Source of the DNA: Chiloscyllium plagiosum
Lineage: Eukaryota
Direction: 5' to 3'
DNA: 64,000 bases
Assembly (NCBI RefSeq): GCF_004010195.1
Contig: NC_057718.1
Coordinates: forward strand, 97,157,644-97,221,643
Under the pieces are notes generated by a model that saw only the letters and a program-made list of their open reading frames with translations, did not search any database and was not told where the DNA came from. The first letter of the stretch is position 1. Every line of letters begins with the position of its first letter. The position numbers were made by a program, and so were the translations under genes. Below are positions 33,868 through 46,220 of the stretch, piece by piece.

Positions 33868-34276
33868 TAGAGACTTATTTCACCATTATCGATTGGCCCA
33901 AAGCATTGTCTATCAAATCTTCTCAAAACTCACTAGTTGTCTATCAAACTTGTGACTTAACTGACTTTTGAGAAACAGGTTAATCATGTAAACTGAAATC
34001 ACATAAAGGTGTTATTTTGTGCATTTTTACGTTTTCAGTGACATGATTGTTTAAAATTACAAAATTTCATTGTATTATTATTCACCAGAGACCTCTGTTT
34101 TTTTGTCCAATGTGGATAGAACATAATGTATTAATTCACTGTGGTTATTATTATGTCTGGCAAGACCACTTGTTGTTTGTCAAATCAAAACCAGAAGAGG
34201 TAGAGCTTACTCGGTTGTTAAAGATAAACAGTTTTGCATAATTTCAAAAGGAGTTTAGAAGAATGAGAGGTGATAT

Positions 34277-34607
34277 AGAATCCATTCAGCCCATCAAGTC
34301 CACACCAAACCTCTGAAGAGCATCCCACCCAAAAACCCACTCTCCCACTCTAACCCTGTAACCTTGCACTTCCCATGGCTAATCCATCTAGCCAGCGCAT
34401 CCCTGGACACAATGGGCAATTTAGCGTGGCCAATTCACCTGACCTGCACATCTTTGGATTGTGGGAGGAAACCAGAACACCCAAAGGAAACCCACTCAGA
34501 CACGGGGAGAATGTGCAAACTCCACACAGACAGTCACCCCAGGGTGGAATTGAACCTGGGTCCCAGGCACAGTAAGGCAGCAGTACTAACCACTGAGCCA
34601 CCACATA
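34277..34607 (-). mobile_element. HE1-type V-SINE (inside a decayed CR1-type tail 34250-35540)
   Basis: Antisense head/V-domain; flanks GAATGAGAGGTGAT...GAGATGTGTATGATTCTGAGGGG are CR1-like. Confidence 0.88.
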
Positions 34608-34870
34608 ATCGAGATGTGTATGATTCTGAGGGGACTGGAAGAGTGCATGATGGAGGATGTTTCTCCCAGCGGTGTTGTCGAGAAGACAGAGGTATGGTTT
34701 AATGATAAAGGGTCTCCTGTTTAAGATAGCAATGAGGCGGACTTGTTTTCTCTGTGTGCTGTGAGCCTTTGGATTTCACTTCCCCAGAGAGGTGAGCTCA
34801 TGGAATATATTTAGGGCTGAGTTGTGCAGAGTTTTGATCATTAAGGAAGTTTAGAACTGAGAGTGGGAAA

Positions 34871-35454
34871 TGTTATGGAACAGGCCAGACCCCCTCAAAA
34901 CATTTCAGAATTAGGTCAGACCCTAAATTTTCTAGTTGTTTTAAGCAGGTGTAGAGTGGATATTCCAGGAGTGAATTGGCCCAACTGCTCAATTTTCAAC
35001 AAAACAGAATTTATCTATGCACGAACAACGGACAACAGAATAGAGAATAACATAACTTATCTGAAAACTGGATCGACTCTATCACAATTAAACGATACTG
35101 CTTCAAGTACTTACAACATCCCACAACACCTTGTTGGCAAAAAGATAAATCAAACACAGATAATTACAGGAGAGATGTTAGAGAGAGGGAGAGAGAGAGA
35201 GAGAGAGAGGATCAGCATGGAGCTATTTCTTTGGGCCCCAGGTTAAAGCCTGACTAGCAACTGCAAACAGAACAGCTTGCTAAAACCAAGCCAAACCCTG
35301 AACTGAGAAGACTGGCCACTCCCCTTACATTGCACAAGTGTTTTAAAAGAAAGACTTAAAAGCCTTCTCCAATACATCTTTCCAGACATATTGGAACCTC
35401 TGCCTTTACAACCCCTTTTGAAACAAATCTTGTTAAAGGAGCAGCATCATTACA
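34871..35454. mobile_element. Probable solo LTR
   Basis: TGTTATG...CATTACA termini (imperfect TIR), near-TSD GAAA/GAGA, interrupts a CR1-type tail; contains (GA)n at ~35180-35208. Confidence 0.5.
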
Positions 35455-36827
35455 GAGACATTTAGGAAAGTGTGTTTCAATTCCAATCCGTTATGATTTT
35501 GTTGGATAGGGGACTGAATGGCCTAGTCCTGCTTCAGTCCCTTTTAATTTTGAATTTGTACACGTATAAAGAAGTGCACAACAGATTTAGAGCAAAAAGT
35601 GTACATTTAAGTGAATGCAATCCTTCAATATACCAGAGCTGTATATTGAAGCATTACAAGTACCTCTACATACTGCCTTCTGCAAAGTGATTGTCTTTAA
35701 AAGCCAGAGAACATCAAAGCCAAAAGGAAAGAAAGAATTTGGCACTTCTTGAACGTTAGCTTTCTCACTGATGGGAAATGCCAGCTGGAGGAAAATTGCA
35801 TCCCAGTAATTAATTAACTAATAGGTCCATTATTCCAACCATTATTTACAGAACTGTTGTAGACCTTTAAACACTATCATGGAACATTCTATCAAGATTG
35901 TTCAAATCAGACATGTGCAGGTGTAATTGTGACGAAAGTGTAATTGTTCATGTGTTGTTCAGCCCAACCATGATGCTGGAAACCACCAATAACCATGTCT
36001 CTGGCAGAAAGGACCATTTGAGTCAAGTTTATACAAATGAACAACTTAAAAGTGGACGTCTTAACTTCAGTTTTCTGTAAATAAATCGGAGATGCCAGGA
36101 ATTCCAAGAACGTGTTGCTACCCATGATCGTAATTAGTCTTGTATTTGAAAGTGAGCTGATCTACTGGGGATTCAGCATTTCCTGTTTTTATTGGAATTC
36201 CCGGACTTGCGTGGCATCACTTTGGTTTCTGAAGACCTTTCACATTTCAACTGTGAGATTAGCATTTAAGTTAGAAGGACTTGCATTGGTTTTGTAACAA
36301 TCAAAAACATTAATGCAATCTGCATATTTCCTAAAACCGGCACAGAAACCGTGTGCGATGGATTCAGGTTCCAGCACCTTTAGTCTGACATTAGGGCAAA
36401 ACGTCAGGGAAATCAAGAATGTACCCCTCTCTAAAGCAACGCAACTAAAAGCCATGCAGCATACTTTGTACCTTGTAAACTCAGCAGACCTCGTGCCTTG
36501 TTCAGCAATGTACATCAAGAACCAGAGATCTGTTCCACACCTCACTCAACAATCCTTTAAATGCAGTAACCGAGAAAAATAGACAGAGTCACTTCCAGGC
36601 ATAATTAGTGTAATTGCAGGCAAATCCCACGTTCTGTGTCACAGTTAGAGCTCACACTCAACATTGCATGAGTAACCCCGAGTGAGAAAGAGTCCCAATG
36701 CCAAAGCTTCCTGTCTTGCACAAATCAGACAAACGCAAGAATGCCAAATTTCAAAAGGGAGCAGCAATTTAAGCTGCCTGAGGAAAAGATGCGGATTAGT
36801 TGGGCAAGTTGACTCTGGTCAAGGTGT

Positions 36828-36982
36828 ATCGACGTTTCGGGCATAAGCCCTTCTTCTCTTGAAGAAGGGCTTATGCCCGAAACGTCGATTCTCCTGTTCC
36901 CTGGATGCTGCCTGACCTGCTGCGCTTTTCCAGCAACACATTTCCAGCTCTGATCTCCAGCATCTGCAGACCTCACTTTCTC
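36828..36982. mobile_element. Fold-back mini-element family A (short left arm), 15-bp TSD
   Basis: TSD CTCTG(G/A)TCAAGGTGT at 36813-36827 and 36983-36997; GAAGAAGGGCTTATGCCCGAAACGTC. Confidence 0.9.
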
Positions 36983-37837
36983 CTCTGATCAAGGTGTCAC
37001 TGGCGAATGCACCAGGGAATGATTGTCCTCACACCTCTGTTCAATTTAGTGAACCAGATGGGTTTTTATGAGTTGCCAGTCCTGCCGATTCTAGATTTTA
37101 CGAATTGAATTTAAATACCGCCAGCTGCTGAAGTAACCTGTTTCCACACTCCTCCCCCAGGAAAAAAAATATATTCACTTGGATCTCTGGTCCAACAACA
37201 TCAACACTAAACCACCATTTGCTCCTGACTTTGATTGATCATCCTAAAGCCATGGGTTTCCTTCCTACACCCAAGTCCTCGGGATTCAGTGATGGCCTTC
37301 TCTCTGACAAATGGAAATCCTAACCATTGTAGAATTTTGCATGGATCAGTTTGAAGGTTTTTTGCAAACTGACGAGGGTGTTCCCAACTGTGCCACTGAA
37401 AGCAAATGTGCACTGAGAAAGCTGCAATACCCTATTAGCTCATTTTTCTCCTGATTTCCGAACAAAGGCCTTTCCAGATGTCAGTCGTGCACTCTCACTC
37501 GCTGACGCTGATGCTAGATAATTATACACTTGGAATGTGAACTTGCTTTTTGCTGTGAGCCACTTTATTTTTTGAACTGCTGGGTGATCTCCGTGAATGT
37601 TGAAGATGCCTACAGGGCTTTTGTTCGGCTCTGTCAGTGAGTGGTGGGGCTGCCATTGCTTAATTACTGCTCTTGAGATGTTCCTGGTGAATTTGGCAGC
37701 TTACCTTCCTTGTGAACACTCAGGCTGTGCGTGTTAGAGAACGGCTGTGAAGTGGAAACCTCAGAACTGATGAAATTGTATTTGTGTTCGATCCCAAAAT
37801 GGAAGTGTTGAAATTGTACCCTCACAGTGCCATTGAT

Positions 37838-38185
37838 TTCATAGAATCCTGACAGAGTGGAAGCAGGCCATTTGGTCCATCGCAGTCCACACTGGCCCTC
37901 CGAAGAGCATCCCACCCAGAGCCACACCTCTACCCTATCCTTGTAACTCTGCATTTCCCATGGATAACCCATCTAACCTGCATATCCCTGAACACTAGGG
38001 GTGATTTAGCATGGCCAATCGACCTAATCTGCACAGCTTTTGACTATGGGTGGAAACCAGAGCACCCGGAGAAAACCTATCCCAATCCATTCCCCTACCC
38101 TGTTATCCTGTATTTACCCCTGGCTAATGAACCTAACCTACACATTCATGAACACTATGGGCAATCTATCATGGCCAATTCACCT
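37838..38185 (-). mobile_element. Two partial HE1-type V-SINE segments
   Basis: Antisense tail GAAGCAGGCCATTTGG...CCGAAGAGCATCCCACCCAGA and repeated CACTATGGGCAAT...ATGGCCAATTCACCT. Confidence 0.75.
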
Positions 38186-39650
38186 CTGTACCTCTGTCCA
38201 TCCCTGTACCTCTGTCTATCCCTATACCTCTGTCTATCCCTGTATCTCTGTTTATCCCCGTGTCTCTGTCTAACCCCGTACGTCTGTCTATCCCTGTATC
38301 TCTGTCTATCCCTGTTCCTTTTGTCTATCCCTGTACCTCTGTCTATCCATGTACCTCTGTCTATCCCTGTATCTCTGTCTATCCCTGTACCTCTGTCTAT
38401 NNNNNNNNNNNNNNNNNNNNNNNNNNNNNNNNNNNNNNNNNNNNNNNNNNNNNNNNNNNNNNNNNNNNNNNNNNNNNNNNNNNNNNNNNNNNNNNNNNNN
38501 NNNNNNNNNNNNNNNNNNNNNNNNNNNNNNNNNNNNNNNNNNNNNNNNNNNNNNNNNNNNNNNNNNNNNNNNNNNNNNNNNNNNNNNNNNNNNNNNNNNN
38601 NNNNNNNNNNNNNNNNNNNNNNNNNNNNNNNNNNNNNNNNNNNNNNNNNNNNNNNNNNNNNNNNNNNNNNNNNNNNNNNNNNNNNNNNNNNNNNNNNNNN
38701 NNNNNNNNNNNNNNNNNNNNNNNNNNNNNNNNNNNNNNNNNNNNNNNNNNNNNNNNNNNNNNNNNNNNNNNNNNNNNNNNNNNNNNNNNNNNNNNNNNNN
38801 NNNNNNNNNNNNNNNNNNNNNNNNNNNNNNNNNNNNNNNNNNNNNNNNNNNNNNNNNNNNNNNNNNNNNNNNNNNNNNNNNNNNNNNNNNNNNNNNNNNN
38901 NNNNNNNNNNNNNNNNNNNNNNNNNNNNNNNNNNNNNNNNNNNNNNNNNNNNNNNNNNNNNNNNNNNNNNNNNNNNNNNNNNNNNNNNNNNNNNNNNNNN
39001 NNNNNNNNNNNNNNNNNNNNNNNNNNNNNNNNNNNNNNNNNNNNNNNNNNNNNNNNNNNNNNNNNNNNNNNNNNNNNNNNNNNNNNNNNNNNNNNNNNNN
39101 NNNNNNNNNNNNNNNNNNNNNNNNNNNNNNNNNNNNNNNNNNNNNNNNNNNNNNNNNNNNNNNNNNNNNNNNNNNNNNNNNNNNNNNNNNNNGTCTATCC
39201 CTGTATCTTTGTCTATCCCTGTACCTCTGTCTATCCCTGTACCTCTGTCTATCCCTGTACCTCTGTCTATCCCTGTATCTTTGTCTATCCCTGTACCTCT
39301 GTCTATCCCTGTACCTCTGCCTATTCCTGTATCTCTGTCTATCCACGTACCTCTGTCTATCGCTGTATTTAATTCTATCTCTGTATCTTTGTCTATCCCT
39401 GTACCTCTGTCTATCCCTGTACCTCTGTCTATCCCTGTACCTCTGTCTATCCCTGTACCTCTGTCTATCTCTGTATCTCTGTCTATCCCTGTACCTTTGT
39501 CTGTCCCTGTACCTCTGTCTATCTCTGTATCTCTGTCTATCCCTGTATCTCTGTCTGTCCCTGTACCTCTGTCTATCCATGTACCTCTGTCTGTCCCTGT
39601 ACCTCTGTCTATCCCTGTACCTCTGTCTATCTCTGTATCTCTGTATCTCT
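38184..39650. repeat. 18-bp minisatellite (CTGTACCTCTGTCTATCC)n spanning an assembly gap
   Basis: Direct tandem units on both sides of N-run. Confidence 0.95.
38401..39192. other. Assembly gap (N-run)
   Basis: 792 N. Confidence 1.
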
Positions 39651-40696
39651 AACTGTCATTGTCTCTCTGCTTCCATTTCTGTCTCTCTGGGTATCAGTGA
39701 TAGTCTCTCTGGCCTGGGCTTTTGCCTGGTTCAATGACTTGGGTAACCTTTTAAAAATGGCATGCAAGTCCCAATTCTAGGATCCCAGACTCTATTCTCA
39801 GTGTTTCTGGTTTAGATCAGAGCCTGTTCAAGATGGATACTGGCTTGGTTTCAAGCTTACACTTGGTGTTCCTGCCTGACTGGCTTCATTGTAGAGCGAT
39901 ACATATCCTCCTCCTCTGAAAGTTTCATGGAACTGGACCAGTTTTTCAAAGCGTTGTCACTCACAGCACCTCAAAGGCATCATGAACCATAGGCAGTATG
40001 AGAAAACCTTTTGAAAGGTAAGTTCAAGAGCTGCGGCTGGTGCCTCTCACGTTAAAGGATGTGCATCCTACTGACCCACACCCCATATCTCATCATAACC
40101 TGTGCCAAGCAATATTTATGTACATTCATCCATGTTACACTGTGCAGAAACAGAAGTGACAATAGGTTATATTTGTTTTAAGAAAAGTAATAGAAGAGGT
40201 TAAAAAAAGCTCTTATAATACACGCCAGTGAAAGTGACAATCAGCCAGCCATTTGAAGTATCAATGACTGAAATTGCAATCATGTGAAACCTCAAGTTTG
40301 CCTTTGCAGACATTGTGCAATTGGCAGAAGACACCAGAATGCCAGAGCCATCAATCAAGTCTGCTTTTCCTGGGTTCCAGCTGCTTCAATAGTCTAATGG
40401 ATTTCTCAGCTCTGCGTGAAGTAGCATCCTGCATTCTTAGCTGAGTGCCCACAATTCAGTGAAATGCTGAAACAGCTGACCCCCAGGAAGAAAAAAAGTT
40501 GCTAGATTGATACCTCTGGGTCCTTCATCCTTTCGTCAATTCCATATTTTTTATTTACGTAAGTGGAAAACCATTTAGTGCTTACATTTTCTGTTATTGA
40601 TACTTTAAAAGATCTGGATAATTGCTTGCTAAATGCCTTGTTGATGGTCCAACTTGCCTCATTAATATTTAGCTTTCTAACTTGACAAACAAGCTA

Positions 40697-41015
40697 ATAG
40701 AATCAAGCAGCACGGAAACAGACCCTTCGGTCCATCTAATCTAGGTTGAACATAATCCCAAACGAAACTGGTCGCACCTGCCTGCTCCTAGCCCATATCC
40801 CTCCAAACCTTACCCATCCACCTATCTATCCAAATGTCTTTTAAATGTTGTAATTATTTAGTTAGGGCATGATGATTGGTACAGATGTGGAGGGCCAAAG
40901 GGCCTGTTCCTGTGCTGTACATCTCTTTTGCACCCGCATCCACCACATCCTCAGGAAGTTCATTCCAACTCGAACCACCCTCTGTGCTCAAGATACTGCT
41001 TCCCAAGTCTTTTTA
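40697..41015 (-). mobile_element. CR1 3' fragment containing an oppositely oriented CR1-type tail piece (40858-40925)
   Basis: Antisense CAGCACGGAAACAGACCCTTCGGTCC...; internal plus-strand GGGCCAAAGGGCCTGTTCCTGTGCTGTAC. Confidence 0.75.
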
Positions 41016-41273
41016 AACTAGTCATCGAGAAAACGCAAGATGGAAACTAGAGTGGGTGCTTGGAAAATTCAGCTCACCACTTTAATTAGTCCTCATGGAA
41101 AGGAGTTTGTTTTTGTTTTAAAACAAAGTGAAGATTTCTGAACTTCTTTTTAAAATGACTTTAATCACACATCTTACTATCATTGTAGCTTCATTGCTTC
41201 GATGTAGTGAATGAGATTGGAAGCACTCTTGTTTGGTATGGGTACATGACATGACACAAAAGTCCATAGGATG

Positions 41274-42154
41274 AGAAAATGCTTTGGACTCGATCTCAAT
41301 ACAGCTCAAGGTGCCAAGTCCTAGTACATAGATAAAGAACCACAGACTGAGCTAGGATGATGCAGGGAGAACGAACCATCGGTACAAATGCCCTGGACTA
41401 TTAAGAGAAAGTGAGGACTGCAGATGCTGGAGATCAGAGTCAAAACGTGTGGTGCTGGAAAAGCACAGCAGGTCAGGCAGCATCTAAGGAGCAGGAGAAT
41501 AGATCTTTCGAGCATAAGCTCTTCATCAGGAACATGATCACATTCCTGATGAAGAGCTTATGCTCGAAAGGTCGACTATGCTGCTCCTCAGCTGCTGCCT
41601 GACTTGCTGTTCTTTTCCAGCACCACACTCTGGGCCTTTAAGCTGACACCCCTCAGCTCTTGCAGCTGCCTTTGACCTCCTCTGTGCGAATGCTGCAAGC
41701 CAAACCCCACCGCTGGCACTCTCTCCCAAAGAAGGCACGCACGCTCAGAATTTTTGCAACTCTTCCTCAATGCCTTGAGGTTAAAATTCTAGGATCAAAA
41801 TGTGTGGTGCTGGAAAAGCACAGCTGGTCAGGCAGCATCTGAGGAGCAGGAGAGTTAACCTTTCGAGCATAAGCTCTTCATTCGGAATGTGATCATATTC
41901 CTGATGAAGAGCTTATGCTCGAAAGATCGATTCTCCTGCTCCTCGGATGCTGCCTGACCTGCTGTTCTTTTCCAGCACCACACGTTTTGACTCTGATCTC
42001 CAGCATCTGCAGTCCTCACTTTCTCCTAAAGCTCCAGGACATATGTATCTGTGGTTCACACTCTGCATCATTCTAGCTCATCCTGTGGTTCTTTATCTAT
42101 GTACTAGGGCTTGGGACCTTGAGCTATGCCGAGATCGAGTCCAAAGCATTTTCT
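41274..42154. repeat. Compound inverted duplication: ~130-bp flank plus family-A fold-back unit, in inverted pair around a ~160-bp spacer
   Basis: 41274-~41632 is the reverse complement of ~41795-42154 (AGAAAATGCTTTGGACTCGATCTC... / ...GAGATCGAGTCCAAAGCATTTTCT). Confidence 0.9.
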
Positions 42155-42700
42155 TTGGCCCTGGAATGGAAGTAGGTCATGGCTTTTCCACCCCTTCATA
42201 TCTGTTCTCCAAACTGAACTTTTTTAGTCTATTTAAAGGCACCAAATGGAGCACTGTATGGCCATTTCAAAGAGGTATCACATTCTTTGAGTTTGGGTAA
42301 TTAACCTACAGTCTCTCTGATCTTTTGACTTAACTGTATTAATTAAATCTCCAATTGCAGTTGGTGGAGTGTATTTGTATTGTTGACTTTGCTCCTGTGT
42401 TCCCTTTGTTAATCTGTTCCCACTTGTTGATGAGATTTATTCGAGCTGCGATAGCTAAAGCAAATTAATAGCTGCAGAAACTGAATTGAGTAGAACCAAC
42501 TTATTAAAATTCTAAAAAATCTATTATCCAACAGTTTGTTCATTTTCTCTATTGAGTATTGAATTCTCTTAACTTTTTTTTTTCATTTAGGAGTCCTGTA
42601 TTGGATTGATTCTTTCTCTTCTCTGTCTTTATACTTCTACATGTTCCCTGATGGTTGCCCACTTCATTTCTCTTGTTAGGTGAATACATTCTGATTTAGG

Positions 42701-42935
42701 GTCAAGATTAGAGTGGTGCTGGAAAAACACAGCAGGTCAGGCAGCATCCGAGGAGCAGGAGAATCAACATTTTTGGCAAAAGCCCTTCATCAGGAAGGCA
42801 CCTCATTCCTGATGAATGGCTTTTGCCCGAAACGTGGATTTTCCTGCTGCTCGGATGCTGCCTGACCTGCTATGCTTTTCAAGCATCACTCTAATCTTGA
42901 CTCTGGTTTCCAGTATCTGCAATACTTTTGCCTAT
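42701..42935. mobile_element. Fold-back mini-element family A, 13-bp TSD
   Basis: TSD ATTCTGATTTAGG at 42688-42700 and 42936-42948. Confidence 0.9.
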
Positions 42936-43274
42936 ATTCTGATTTAGGTCATTTTCACCCTTTTTTGTTGTTCTATTCACTTCTCCCCTCACTGGACATT
43001 TTGATTATTATCTTCTCTTCCTTCGTCCATTGATCAATTGCTGTTGCTTGTATTTTAACCCTTCATTCTTTAACAGCACCTTCCAAACCCACAAACTCAA
43101 CTACCGAGAGAGTCAAGCTCAGCCCACACCCTAACAACACCACTTGTATGTTTTTCTCTACACTGTAAACTGGATTGATTTTTTAAAAATTGCTCACAGA
43201 ATGCAGGCATAATTGGCCAGGCCAGCATTTATTGCCAATCCCTAGTTGCACAAAGGGCAGTTAAGAGTCAACCA

Positions 43275-43400
43275 GTTCCTGAGGAAGGGCTTTCGCCTGA
43301 AACGTCAACTCTCCTCCTCCTCGGATTCTGCCTGACCTGCTGCGCTTTTCCAGCAACATACTCTCAACTCTAATCTCCAGCATCTGCAGTCCTTACTTTC
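43275..43400 (+). mobile_element. Family A single arm with hammerhead core
   Basis: CUGAGGA-A-GGGC-UUUC-GCCU-GAAA-CG-UC at ~43279-43306. Confidence 0.8.
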
Positions 43401-43551
43401 ACCACATTGCTGTGGGTCTGGAGTCATGTGTCGGTCAGACCAGGTAAAGATGGTAGTTTCCATTCCTAAAGAGTGAACCAGGTGGGTTTGTACAAAAATT
43501 GACTGTAATTCCATGTTTGCCATCGAGATAGACTTCTAAAATTTCATTCCA

Positions 43552-43983
43552 GATAGAGTCATAGAGATGTACAGCACGGAAACAGACCCGTCCACGCTGA
43601 CCAGATATCCCAATCCAATCTAGTCCCACCTGCCAGCATCTGGCCCATATCTCTCCAAATCCTTCCTATTCATATACCCATCCAAATGCCTCTTAAATGT
43701 TGCAATTGTACCAGCCTCCACCACTTCCTCTGGCAGCTCATTCCATACACGCACCACCCTCTGAGTGAAAAAGTTGCCCTTTAGGTCTTTTTTGTATCTT
43801 TCCCCTCTCAGCCTAAACCTATGCCCTCTAGTTTTAGATTCTCCCACCCCACAGGGAAGAGATTTTGCCTATTTATCCTATCCATGCCCCTCATGATTTT
43901 ATAAACTTCTATAAGGTCACCCCTCAGCCTCCAACGCTCCAGGGAAAACAGCCCCAGCCTATTCAACCTCTCCCTCTAGCTCA
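43552..43983 (-). mobile_element. CR1 (HER1-type) LINE 3' fragment
   Basis: ORF 43620..43847(-) CR1 C-terminus. Confidence 0.92.
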
Positions 43984-44059
43984 TTTTATTGGATAGATCT
44001 TTATAGATCTTTTATTGGATTCAAATTTCACAATCTGCCATGGTGGGATTCGAACCCAT

Positions 44060-44195
44060 TTGCCTGGAGGAAGAGCGCCTCATCTTCCGCCTAGGAACCC
44101 TCCAACCACAAGGGATGAATACAGAAAAACGTCGATTCTCCTTCTCCTTTGATGCTGCCTGACCTACTGCGCTTTTCCAGCAACACATTTTTAAG
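44060..44195 (+). mobile_element. Internally deleted PLE family A fragment
   Basis: 'LEEERLIFRLGTLQPQGMN' joined directly to AAACGTCGATTCTCC; near-TSD TTC(G/A)AACCCAT at 44049-44059 and 44196-44206. Confidence 0.8.
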
Positions 44196-44959
44196 TTCAA
44201 ACCCATAACCCCAAGAAGTTCACTTGAGTGTCTGGCTTACCAATCCAGAAACATTATTATTAAGCTACCACTCCACTCTATCACTCTTCTCGCTGTTACT
44301 GGGACTGTCTCCCTAAAAGCACCTTGGCTCCACCTACACTGTCCTGGTTCAAGAAGATCAGTAACCTCCATCTTCTCCAGGACCAATACAGATAATAAAT
44401 ATTAGTCTGGCCAATAATGCTGAACTCCCAGAAACAAATGAAAGCCCTTAGTAATCATTTGCAAACCAAGAGCTCATCCGTGATTTTGTTGAGTCTCTTT
44501 TGGAACACTCGATCTAATTGATTACAGAAGGAGATGGTAACAACCAGTTTCTAGATGTCAATGGAGTCAGGTCGGAATATGGATTGAAGTACAAGATCAG
44601 ACCTTCCTTGCCAGGAGTTACTGCTAACACACCAGGCTTGAAAGGTTGCTGTAGTGGTTGCTGTTCTGGGATGTGGGGGTCTAGTGTTACAGCTGACCTT
44701 ATGGATTATGGGAGTGACAATCCATGCTCTGACCTGGACAATCAAGTGTGATTGCAGTTTTTCATTTTCAGTTGGTCTGAATGCAAAGGCCCGATTGAAA
44801 TGTTTGCATTGAGGAAAGGTGTATTAAGTGCTGAGTGAGTTGGCTTCTTATGTATCAATAGTCTTTCAGCATATATCAGTAGACTTTGTTGAAACAGAGG
44901 AATTATGGCAGGGAGACGATGGTGCAGTGGTAATGAAGTGGGATAGAATTGTAGCATCC

Positions 44960-45240
44960 CTTCAGCGTAGAAGCCAGCTATTTAGTCCATCAAGTCTACA
45001 CTGACCCTCCAAAGAGTGTTCAACACAGACCCACCCCTGCAACCCTGCATTTCTCAAGGCTAATCTACCTAACCTGCACATCTCTGGATTGTGGGAGGAA
45101 ACCGGAGCACCCGGGGGAAACCCATGCAGGCACGGGGAGAACATTAAAACTCCACACAGACAGTTGCCCGAAGCTGGAATCGAACCTGGGTCCCTGATGC
45201 TGTGAGACAGCAGTGCTAACCACTGAGCTACCGTGCTGCC
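44960..45240 (-). mobile_element. HE1-type V-SINE
   Basis: Antisense head CACTGAGCTACCGTGCTGCC and V-domain. Confidence 0.88.
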
Positions 45241-45244
45241 TGGA

Positions 45245-46220
45245 GTTATAGGGTCATAGAGGTCTACAGCACAAGAAAAACTGTTAAGCTCATTGAAACT
45301 ATAGTGGTCAAAATCAACCACCTAACTATTCTCATCCCATCTCCCAGTACTTAGCCCATAGTTCTGAATGCTTTGGGAGCACAAGGGCGCATCTTAAAAT
45401 TTATGAGGACTTCTGCCTCTACCACCCTTCCGGACAGTGAGTTCCAGATTCCCACCACCCTTTGGGTGAAAAACATTTTCCTCACATCCCCTCCAAACCT
45501 CCTGCTCCTTACCTTAAATCTGTGCCCCCAGTCAATCATCCCTCCACCAAGGGGAAAGTTTCTACCCTGTCGATGCCCCTCATAATTTTATACATCTCCA
45601 TCATGTCTTCCCCACAGTCCCCCCCGGCCCTGAGGAAAACAATGCCAATCTGTCCAATCTCACTTCATGCCTCACAATCTCCAGACCAGGCAACATCCTG
45701 GTGAATCTCTGCTGCACCCTCTCCAGTGCAATCACATCCCTCCTATGATGTGGATTTGTGAACTGCGCACAGCTGAGGCCTAGCCAACCTTGTATGCAGT
45801 TCCAGTGTTACCTCACCGCTGTTAAACTCTATTTCTTGGCTAATAAAGATGGGTGTTGTTTGGTTCATTTAGTTGGACAGCTCGTTTGCAACGCAGCGTG
45901 ATCCAATTCCCACACGCACTGAGGTTACGATGAAAGACTGTCCTTCCCAATCTCTTGCCTTGCCTGAGCTGGTGACCCTCAGGTTAAACTCACCACCAGT
46001 CGCCTTTCTCTAATAGGAGAGCAACTCTATGATTTGGGAGGACGAAAGTGACTTTGCTGGAGACAAACATCCCAAATGCCTCCTTCACCACTTTATCTAC
46101 CTATCCCGCCACCTTTTGGGACCAATAGACACGCACACCAAGGCCCCACTCATGCTCTGTGCCTCCCAGAATCCTACTATCCATCATATATTCTCTTGCC
46201 TTATTTGTGTTACTGAATGT
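45245..46220 (-). mobile_element. CR1-type LINE fragment interrupted by family F SINE (45853-46055)
   Basis: ORF 45351..45539(-) 'GHRFKVRSRRFGGDVRKMFFTQRVVGIWNSL'. Confidence 0.8.

Larger units (their letters stand above)
43180..44272 (-). mobile_element. SINE family 2 fragmented by three younger insertions
   Basis: Segments 43180-43274, 43401-43552, 43985-44060, 44196-44272 align in order to 13125-13470. Confidence 0.7.

Noticed and set aside
38184..39650. CRISPR-like array
   Set aside because: Contiguous tandem units with no unique spacers, no cas genes, vertebrate context.
38171..39737. Long ORFs (370-493 aa) with SIPVPL / RQRYRD / YLCLSL repeats
   Set aside because: Translations of an 18-bp minisatellite run through an N-gap; no coding evidence.
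39960..40023. Consensus donor site AAG|GTAAGT
   Set aside because: All upstream frames contain stops within ~40 nt; isolated motif expected by chance.
41546..41930. Cis-dimeric double hammerhead from the two same-strand motifs (41546, 41901)
   Set aside because: Stem III inserts are GG and GA (AGGU, AGAU), not complementary, so the dimer helix cannot form as written; the arms would also be sequestered in hairpins.
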